Assembly: GCA_963727485.1 (NCBI GenBank)
Contig: CAVSGM010000014.1
Span: forward strand, 1-11,038
DNA: 11,038 bases
Origin: an uncultured delta proteobacterium
GTDB lineage: Bacteria; Myxococcota; Myxococcia; SLRQ01
Direction: 5' to 3'
Part shown: piece by piece, positions 1-7,536 of the stretch
Layout: the number at the start of each line of letters is the position of its first letter
How positions within the stretch are numbered: position 1 is the stretch's first letter
Translations under genes and position numbers: made by a program
The notes under the pieces: generated by a model
What the model was told of the DNA's origin: nothing
The model's input: only the letters and a program-made list of their open reading frames with translations
Database searches by the model: none

Positions 1-309
1 TCCGCCGACCTCACCCTGGTGAAGGTCGAGCAGGGGAAGGCCACGGTGCGGCTCTCGACCCACCAGCAGATGTCCGCGTCGTCGGTGACCCTGAACCTGA
101 AGACCACCCAGACCCGGGAGCTCGACACCGCCACCGGCCGCGCCCTCCACACCGACTACCAGAGCACCCTCGACGGGGCCGGGGATCTCCAGACGCCCAT
201 CGGCGCGGTCCCGGCGAAGATGCACGGCACCGGCACCGGGGCGGCGACCTACACCTGGCACGCGGCGGCGCCCACGCCGGCAAAGGCGAAGCCGGCCGCC
301 AGCAAGTGA
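1..309 (+). CDS. Beta-rich hypothetical protein, C-terminal part (5' end outside window); paralog 1 of a tandem array
   Basis: Frame is open from base 1 (SADLTLVKVEQG...) to TGA 307-309 with GC-rich third positions. It aligns without gaps to the C-terminal 89 aa of the 455..1306 protein (about 35 identities by hand count, e.g. ATGR, PxGxVP, TW). Confidence 0.85.
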   Translation, partial: SADLTLVKVEQGKATVRLSTHQQMSASSVTLNLKTTQTRELDTATGRALHTDYQSTLDGAGDLQTPIGAVPAKMHGTGTGAATYTWHAAAPTPAKAKPAASK

Positions 310-365
310 GCGCCGGCGGCCGGGGCCGGGGGACGCGGGGGACGGGATGCGGCGCCGGCGCGGGG

Positions 366-395
366 TTTCCGCGGCCCGGGCGCGTCGGGTACAGT
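366..395 (+). promoter_or_regulatory. Candidate sigma-70-type promoter for 455..1306
   Basis: TTTCCG (366-371), 18-nt spacer, TACAGT (390-395, TAnnnT -10). One of the few AT-containing patches in this intergenic region. Confidence 0.3.
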
Positions 396-454
396 GCTCC
401 GGGGGTCGGACCAGGGAGCGCCACGGTGCCGACGGCGCCGGCGGGGAGGGGCCA

Positions 455-1306
455 ATGCGCGGTGTGATGCGAGTGGGGATGTCGGGGGGTGTGGCGGTCG
501 TGGCGCTGGGGCTCCTGGCGGCCACGCCGATCCCGGTGGCGCCCCGGGCGAAGGTGGGCACGGTGTGCGAGGTGCACAGGACGCTGCGGATCGCGTCCAC
601 GGTGCACCTGAAGCTGCCGAGCGGGCCCCGGACGATGCCCGCGCCGTCCCACGTCGACGAGACCCAGCGGCTGGAGGTGCTGGCGGTGTCGGGGGGCGTG
701 ATCACCCGGCTGCGGATCACCTACGTCTCGGTGGACGCCGAGGGACCGGGGACCTCGGAGGACCAGGGGCTGACCGGCCGGCGCTTCGTGGTCAGCGCGG
801 GCACGTCGCCCGCCGCCCGCCCGGAGGTCACCGAGCACGGCAAGCCCGTGAAGGACAAGCTGGGGCGCAAGATCTGGGACGACGTGGTGGCGGTCATGGG
901 CACGGCGCCGGCGCGCCGCTTCCTGCGCCGGGTGCTCGCCAAGCCGGGGACCGCGCTGAAGGTGCCCGCCGCGATCTACCCCGACCTCGCCGAGGAGACC
1001 GAGGAGCCGCCCCAGCTGCTCTCGGGGTCCATGCGCCTCGAGGGCGTCGCCCACGGCCTCGCCACCACCCGGCTGGTGGCCCATGAGCGGATCTCCGACG
1101 GGTCGGTGACCATGGACATGCGCAACACCACCACCACCCGACGCGAGGTCGCCACCGGGCGGGTACGCCACATGGACCTCGTCAGCCTCATGCACGGCCA
1201 CGGGACGATGGAGCTCCCCGTAGGGCCGGTGCCGACGACGCTCGAGGGCAAGGCCACGGGCACGGCGGTGTTCACCTGGAGGCACGCGGGATCCGGCGCG
1301 AAGTGA
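455..1306 (+). CDS. Exported beta-rich hypothetical protein (283 aa), paralog 2; loosely DUF6263-like
   Basis: GGAGG at 445-449 lies 5 nt before ATG 455. N-terminus MRGVMRVGMSGGVAVVALGLLAA resembles a signal peptide. Homologous to both flanking ORFs. The DUF6263 resemblance is an impression only. Confidence 0.85.
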   Translation: MRGVMRVGMSGGVAVVALGLLAATPIPVAPRAKVGTVCEVHRTLRIASTVHLKLPSGPRTMPAPSHVDETQRLEVLAVSGGVITRLRITYVSVDAEGPGTSEDQGLTGRRFVVSAGTSPAARPEVTEHGKPVKDKLGRKIWDDVVAVMGTAPARRFLRRVLAKPGTALKVPAAIYPDLAEETEEPPQLLSGSMRLEGVAHGLATTRLVAHERISDGSVTMDMRNTTTTRREVATGRVRHMDLVSLMHGHGTMELPVGPVPTTLEGKATGTAVFTWRHAGSGAK

Positions 1307-1876
1307 GGCGTGCACGGAGGGTGGCGACGCTCGGCGCCCCGGCTGCCAAAGGGCACCGTGTGCACGGTGCACCGGGAGGGGAACTACACCGCCACGGTGG
1401 TCATCCACGGCCCCGGTCGGAATCGCACGGGGAAGCGCTACCGGCACTACACGGAGGTCGTTCGGATCAGGGTGCTCGCGGCGACCCACGAGGTCGCCAC
1501 CCGGCTTCAGGTCCGCTTCCTGACGCTGACCGGACCGCGGGGGCATGCGAGCCTGATCAGGCGGCTCCTCCACGGCAGGTTCGTCGTCACCCAAGGGTCC
1601 GTCACCTACCGCTCTCTGGGCGTGCGCGACGGGTTGGAGCGTTTCGACGGCCGGTACCAGGCCGTGCTCCAGGGCGACCGGGTCCACGGAGCGATCACCC
1701 TCCAGGTGAAGGGCGCGCTCGACGCGACGACCGGGCAGCCCAGGTCGGCCATCGAGGTCGAGCAGCGCCGACTCCACGGCACGCTGGCGAGGCCCGACGG
1801 CCTCTTCCCCTTCGATGACGACGGCACCCTCCGGATGCGCGTCACCCTCACCTGCCGCTCCGGCGCCGGCTCCTAG
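1303..1876 (+). pseudogene. Paralog 3 of the array; probably degenerate (5' frameshift plus about 73-aa internal deletion), or a shortened 188-aa variant (ORF 1310..1876)
   Basis: The 1310 frame aligns ungapped to paralog 2 in two blocks (APRxxxGTVCxVHR...RFVVxxG and SxxxRxxGVxxGL...TxR) but lacks the part encoded by 803..1021. GTG 1303 overlaps the upstream TGA (GTGA) and starts a signal-like MRRARRVATLG in another frame. Confidence 0.6.
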
Positions 1877-2721
1877 TCCTCTTCCCAGGGCTCGGTGGGG
1901 ATGACGACCTCGGGGAGCTGCTTGGGATCGGGCACCTCCCAGAAGTCGCCCCACAGGGTCTTGCCGCCGTCGACGGTGAGCACCTCGCCGGTGACGTAGG
2001 CCGACGCCGGGCTGGCGAGATACGCCACCGCCCAGGCGACCTCCTCGCAGGTGCCCAGGCGCTTCATGGGCACGGCCTTCTGGAGGTTCACGAAGAACTC
2101 CGGGCCCACGGGGTAGCGCTTCATGCCGCTGGAGGCGATGTAGCCGGGCGCCACGCAGTTGAGGCGGATGCCCATGGGCGCCCACTCCACGGCCAGCGTG
2201 CGGCTCATGGCCTCGACCCCGGCGCGGGCGGCGACCGAGTGGGCCATCCCCGGGAACGAGCGGCGGGTGAGCATGGTGATGGAGACCACGGTGCCGCCGT
2301 GCTCCAGCATCCAGGCAACCGCGGCGGCGCGGGTCATGTGCCAGGTGCCGGTGAGGTTGGTGTCGACCACCGCGCGCCAGCCCTTCTCGGAGATGGTCGC
2401 CGCCGGGGCGAGGAACTGGCCGCCGCCGTTGTTCACCAGGATGTCGAGGCGGCCGTGGCGGGCGACAATCTCCTGGGCGAGCGCCTGGGTGCTCTCCTCG
2501 TCGCGGATGTCCACGGTGAGCCCGGTGACCTCGCGGCCCAGCTCCTCGGAGAGCCCGGCGGCGGCGGGGGCGATGTGCGCCTCCTTGCGGGAGGCGATGC
2601 ACACGGTGGCGCCGAGGTGGCCGAGCTCGCGGGCCACGGCGGCGCCGATGCCGGTGCCGCCGCCGGTCACCAGCGCCACCTGGCCGGCGAGGAGATCGTC
2701 GCGGAAGATCTTGCTCGTCAT
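1873..2721 (-). CDS. SDR oxidoreductase, peroxisomal trans-2-enoyl-CoA reductase / citronellol dehydrogenase (AtuB)-like
   Basis: TGGGTGIG Rossmann motif, IASRK, NNGGGQF, active-site segment HSVAARAG (His/Arg in place of YxxxK, as in the PECR/AtuB group), NCVAPG, VDGG. Confidence 0.9.
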   Translation of the reverse strand: MTSKIFRDDLLAGQVALVTGGGTGIGAAVARELGHLGATVCIASRKEAHIAPAAAGLSEELGREVTGLTVDIRDEESTQALAQEIVARHGRLDILVNNGGGQFLAPAATISEKGWRAVVDTNLTGTWHMTRAAAVAWMLEHGGTVVSITMLTRRSFPGMAHSVAARAGVEAMSRTLAVEWAPMGIRLNCVAPGYIASSGMKRYPVGPEFFVNLQKAVPMKRLGTCEEVAWAVAYLASPASAYVTGEVLTVDGGKTLWGDFWEVPDPKQLPEVVIPTEPWEED

Positions 2722-2798
2722 GGCGCCGAGGATGCCCGAGGCCGGCGGCGAGGGAAAGGTCGCCGGGTCGGCGGCTCCCCGCGCGGTGGGGTTGGCGG

Positions 2799-2804
2799 TA
2801 GGCT
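2799..2804 (+). promoter_or_regulatory. Candidate -10 element of a leaderless transcript for the rhomboid gene
   Basis: TAGGCT (TAnnnT) ends 6 nt before ATG 2811; no Shine-Dalgarno sequence present. Confidence 0.5.
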
Positions 2805-2810
2805 CCGCTC

Positions 2811-3830
2811 ATGAAGTGCCCCGACGACGGCCGCGACCTCGACGGCGCCGGCGCCTGCCCCACCTGCCGGGGTCGGCTCCTCGAGGCCCATGCGGCCAGC
2901 GCGCGGTGGCCCGAGGTGAAGCTCGCCCCGGAGACCCGCCTCGACGCGCCGGCCTTCAAGCGCACCCGGCTGTGCCCCGCCTGCGAGGCGCCCATGGCGC
3001 CGTTGCGCATCGGCGACCAGCAGGCCTGGGTGGAGCGCTGCCCCGGCTGCGACCACCTGTGGGTCGACTCCCTGGACCCGCCGGTCTTCGACCGCCTCCA
3101 GCGCCGCGGCCGCCTCGAGGGCGCGGTGGCCTCGCTGCCCGCCGAGGAACGCCGCGAGCTCGCCACCGGCCTCGCCGCCGCCACCGCCGGCGGGCCCCGG
3201 GCGCTCGACCCCGTCCACAAGGCGCTCGCCTGGGTGGGGCTGCCGGTGGTCGAGAACGTCGACGGCGACAAGCGGCCATGGGCCACCTACGGCCTCGCCG
3301 CCGCGCTCCTCGGGGTGTTCCTGCTGGCGCCGCTGCCGAGCCTGGTCTTCGTCGCCGGCCGCGGCGGCCCCTGGCACGCGTTCACCGCGATCTTTGCCCA
3401 CTTCGGCTGGCTGCACCTCCTCGGCAACGTCTACTTCCTGGTGGCCTTCGGCGACGGGGTGGAGCAGCGCCTCCCGCGCGCGCTCTTCGTGGGCCTCTTC
3501 GTGGTCGCGGGAATCGTCTCGACCTTCGCCCAGGGCGCGGTGGCGGCGCCGGGCACGGCCATCGGCGGGGCCAGCGGCGCGGTGGAGGCGGTGATGGGCG
3601 CCTGCATCGTGCTCCAGCCCCGGGCCCGGGTGGTGCTGGGGTTCGGGGTCACCCTTGGCCGGCTGCCCATCGTGGCCTTCGGCGTCCTGGAGCTCTGCTT
3701 CCAGCTGGTGATGCGCGCCGCCGGGGTCCCCGGGGTCGGGTGGACCGCGCACCTGGCCGGCCTCGCCCTGGGCGTCGCCGCGGGACTCGCGTGGCGGGCG
3801 GTCGTCGTCAAATCCCCGGCGGTGGGATGA
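2811..3830 (+). CDS. Rhomboid family intramembrane serine protease with N-terminal tandem zinc-ribbon (zf-TFIIB-like) domains
   Basis: HFGWLHLLGN, catalytic GASG, catalytic HLAG and several hydrophobic helices. N-terminal knuckles CPDD..CPTC and CPAC..CPGCxxxWxD. Confidence 0.9.
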   Translation: MKCPDDGRDLDGAGACPTCRGRLLEAHAASARWPEVKLAPETRLDAPAFKRTRLCPACEAPMAPLRIGDQQAWVERCPGCDHLWVDSLDPPVFDRLQRRGRLEGAVASLPAEERRELATGLAAATAGGPRALDPVHKALAWVGLPVVENVDGDKRPWATYGLAAALLGVFLLAPLPSLVFVAGRGGPWHAFTAIFAHFGWLHLLGNVYFLVAFGDGVEQRLPRALFVGLFVVAGIVSTFAQGAVAAPGTAIGGASGAVEAVMGACIVLQPRARVVLGFGVTLGRLPIVAFGVLELCFQLVMRAAGVPGVGWTAHLAGLALGVAAGLAWRAVVVKSPAVG

Positions 3831-4416
3831 GCTCCCGGCCGTTCATGTCGAGCCCCATGACCTCGTCCCAGAAGCGGATGGGCCGCGCACCTTCGTAGGC
3901 GATCGGCGCCCAGCTGGCGCCACCAAAGTCGATGGACAGGTACGCCTTGAGGTTCGCGCCATAGTGGACGATGTCGCTCTGGTAGATGGAGAGCACCGCG
4001 TTGCCCGCCTCGCAGGGCGTCGCGGGCAGGCACCGGTGGCCGTACACCGGGATCATCGTCGGCGCCTCCGCCACCAGCGCCCGGAGCTGCACCTTCCGCG
4101 TCTCGAGGTCCTCGGGCACCGGGCCCCAGGCCTTCAGCCACAGGTCGTTGTGCTCGAGGTCGAAGAGCAGTCCCACGAGGGGCCAGTCGAGCAGGCGGCG
4201 AAGCGCGTCGTCGCCGCGGCGCCAGTCGGGGAAGCGGCCGCCGGTGGGGAGGATCTGCCCGAGCATCGCCCTGAGGTCCGGGGGGAACGGGGCGCCGGCG
4301 AAGGCCTCGGCGGCCAGCAGCTCGGCCTCGGTCAGGCCCGCCTCCCAGGAGCACCGGTCACGGGCGAGGCTCTGCTGGAAGGCTGCCAGCTCGTCGTCGT
4401 CGAAGAAGCGATCCAT
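3808..4416 (-). CDS. SMI1/KNR4 (SUKH superfamily) protein, 202 aa
   Basis: ATG 4416 with AGGAG 7 nt upstream (4424-4428). Motifs GLTEAEL..AE....PFPPDLRAML, FPDWR, APTMIPVYGHR, GNAVLSIYQSDIVHYG, IRFW. The 3' end overlaps the rhomboid gene by 23 nt. Confidence 0.85.
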   Translation of the reverse strand: MDRFFDDDELAAFQQSLARDRCSWEAGLTEAELLAAEAFAGAPFPPDLRAMLGQILPTGGRFPDWRRGDDALRRLLDWPLVGLLFDLEHNDLWLKAWGPVPEDLETRKVQLRALVAEAPTMIPVYGHRCLPATPCEAGNAVLSIYQSDIVHYGANLKAYLSIDFGGASWAPIAYEGARPIRFWDEVMGLDMNGRELIPPPGI

Positions 4417-4439
4417 GCCCGGTCTCCTGCGCCCGACCC

Positions 4440-5393
4440 TCAGAGCGTGTAGACGATCAGGTCCGAGTACGGCGTGGTCCCGGTCGGCGCCACCGTGACC
4501 CCCAGGTTCGGCCGGCCCACCCCGTCGCCTTTGTCCGGCGCCAGGGTCGTCGCGATGTTCTCGTTGCGATCGAGGACCACGTTGATCTTGTAGTCGCCGG
4601 GGTGGATCTCCGGGAGCTTCACCGTGGTCTGCCGGGCGCCAGCGGCGACCACCTGCCGGGAGCTGCGGCTGATGGCGCAGGGGGCGGCGAGGCTGCAGTC
4701 CTGCGTCGAGAGGGCGACCCACACCTGCGCCTCCTTGGGGAGCGGCGCGGTCCAGGTGACGGTGACGTCGAGCTCGGGCATCGGCGGCAGCGGCGGCGCG
4801 GGGCCCTGGGGCGTCATGTGGCTCGTGTAGTCCTTGGGCAGGGTCCGGGTCTCGAGGCGCGTCGCCTGCCACAGCAGGTGCGGCATGCCCTTCACCTTCA
4901 CGTCGAAGGTGAGGTGGGTGTCGTCGGCGAAGGTGTAGGTCGCGTCGATGTAGCTGCAGCCCTTGTCCACGTGGCAGAACTCGTAGCTGCGCGCCTTCGC
5001 GTCGTACTTCACCAAGTGGGTGAAGTCGTCGCGGAGCATCCCCTGGAAGTAGCCGCCGTTTCGGTAGGTGAGCACCGGGCCGCCGGGCCCGGGCTCCACG
5101 TCGAAGCCGAAGCGCAGGGCGTCCTGGGAATCGAGGTCCACCCGGCCCCAGAAGAAGTCCGGGGTCATCGCCCGGAAGTCGACGTTCATCATCGGGAAGT
5201 CGCCGAGCGGGGTCTGGGTGGCGGGGCCCGACCAGAGGCCGGCGAGGTGGTCGATGAGCGAGAGGCCGGAGGCGGCGGTGGTGCCGCCGTCGGAGCCGCC
5301 GCCGGCGCCCGAGGTGGCGGTGCACCCGGCGGCGGCGGCGAGGGCCAGGAGGGCGGCGGCGAGGGGAGCGAGGGGGCGGAGGGCGCGCGTCAT
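4440..5393 (-). CDS. Hypothetical lipoprotein (317 aa), two predicted beta domains
   Basis: ATG 5393; signal MTRALRPLAPLAAALLALAAAAG|C with lipobox Cys24; Gly/Ser/Thr linker (SDGG); GC-rich third positions throughout. Confidence 0.85.
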   Translation of the reverse strand: MTRALRPLAPLAAALLALAAAAGCTATSGAGGGSDGGTTAASGLSLIDHLAGLWSGPATQTPLGDFPMMNVDFRAMTPDFFWGRVDLDSQDALRFGFDVEPGPGGPVLTYRNGGYFQGMLRDDFTHLVKYDAKARSYEFCHVDKGCSYIDATYTFADDTHLTFDVKVKGMPHLLWQATRLETRTLPKDYTSHMTPQGPAPPLPPMPELDVTVTWTAPLPKEAQVWVALSTQDCSLAAPCAISRSSRQVVAAGARQTTVKLPEIHPGDYKINVVLDRNENIATTLAPDKGDGVGRPNLGVTVAPTGTTPYSDLIVYTL

Positions 5394-5401
5394 CGGATCC
5401 A

Positions 5402-5433
5402 GAGACCACACGGTCTCCGCACTGGCAGTGCGG
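5402..5433. repeat. Two abutting perfect inverted repeats
   Basis: GAGACC-acac-GGTCTC (5402-5417) and CCGCACTG-g-CAGTGCGG (5417-5433), in the 74-bp gap between DUF779 and the lipoprotein gene. Confidence 0.75.
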
Positions 5434-5467
5434 GGCGTCACACGCGTCCGCCGGCCCCGGCCTGCCC

Positions 5468-5809
5468 CTACGGCACCTCGCACACGTCCGAGCGGATGAG
5501 GAAGCGCATGCCCTCCGGCGCCTCCAGGGAGAAGCCGGCGCCGCGGCCGGGGACGGCGTCCAGGGTGAGCCGGGTGTGCTTCCACAGCGCCCACTGGTCG
5601 CCGCCGATGTAGAAGGGCGTGCCCTCGAGCTCGCCGAGGAGGACGTCGCGCGCCCCGACGTGGAACTCGCCTTGCGGGTAGCACATCGGGGCGCTGCCGT
5701 CGCAGCAGCCGCCGGACTGGTGGAACATCAGCGGGCCGTGGTCCGCCTTCAGCTTCCGGATCAGCTCGAGCGCGGCGCCCGTCGCCTGCACCTGTGGCTC
5801 GCCCGCCAT
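5468..5809 (-). CDS. DUF779 domain protein (113 aa)
   Basis: HGPLMFHQSGGCCDGSAPMC, WKHT, GRGAGFSLEAPEG.RF signatures. ATG 5809 lies 5 nt after the aldehyde dehydrogenase stop, the usual context for this family. Confidence 0.92.
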   Translation of the reverse strand: MAGEPQVQATGAALELIRKLKADHGPLMFHQSGGCCDGSAPMCYPQGEFHVGARDVLLGELEGTPFYIGGDQWALWKHTRLTLDAVPGRGAGFSLEAPEGMRFLIRSDVCEVP

Positions 5810-5814
5810 GGCGG

Positions 5815-7335
<1,521 letters not shown>

Positions 7336-7378
7336 TCTCGGGTCCCCCAAGTGTCTGGTGAATGGACGCCCGAACCGC

Positions 7379-7395
7379 TGCATACGGTGCACCAA
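7379..7395 (-). promoter_or_regulatory. Candidate sigma-54 (-24/-12) promoter of aldB
   Basis: Minus strand reads TTGGTGCACCGTATGCA, i.e. TGG-N10-GC with exact spacing, starting about 45 nt upstream of ATG 7335. Confidence 0.55.
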
Positions 7396-7439
7396 GGGGC
7401 TTGTTTCCCAGCGAAGTGGGCCCCACCGGCTCCGCCGGG

Positions 7440-7475
7440 TGCAGATGGTGCAAGCGAGCCGCCTGCAGGTGTGCA
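7440..7475. promoter_or_regulatory. Paired TGCA boxes, candidate upstream activator sites
   Basis: TGCA-gatgg-TGCA (7440-7452) and TGCA-ggtg-TGCA (7464-7475), roughly 70-110 nt upstream of the predicted sigma-54 start site. Confidence 0.4.
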
Positions 7476-7536
7476 TCGGCTGCCCCCGGTCATTCGCCCC
7501 AGCGGGGCACCGCCGCCAGCGGAAAGCTGCTCGCGT

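Noticed and set aside
347..454. Upstream start at 347 for paralog 2
   Set aside because: No SD, Arg-rich non-homologous extension; ATG 455 has GGAGG and places the signal peptide at the N-terminus.
11..3286. 1091-aa minus-strand ORF
   Set aside because: Arg/Pro/Gly-rich shadow frame overlapping several better-supported genes; long stop-free frames are expected at this GC content.
2159..3898. 579-aa plus ORF (also 2718..3752 minus and 8162..9982 minus)
   Set aside because: Alternate-frame or antisense shadows of the SDR, rhomboid, MFS and radical SAM genes.
5395..5417. BamHI site plus two outward-facing BsaI sites, resembling a Golden Gate cloning cassette
   Set aside because: No vector or other synthetic sequence nearby; best treated as a natural palindrome.
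7496..7529. Small hairpins after the MFS stop (GCCCC-agc-GGGGC; CAGC-ggaaa-GCTG) as a terminator
   Set aside because: Stems are only 4-5 bp and there is no U-tract at the right position on the minus strand.
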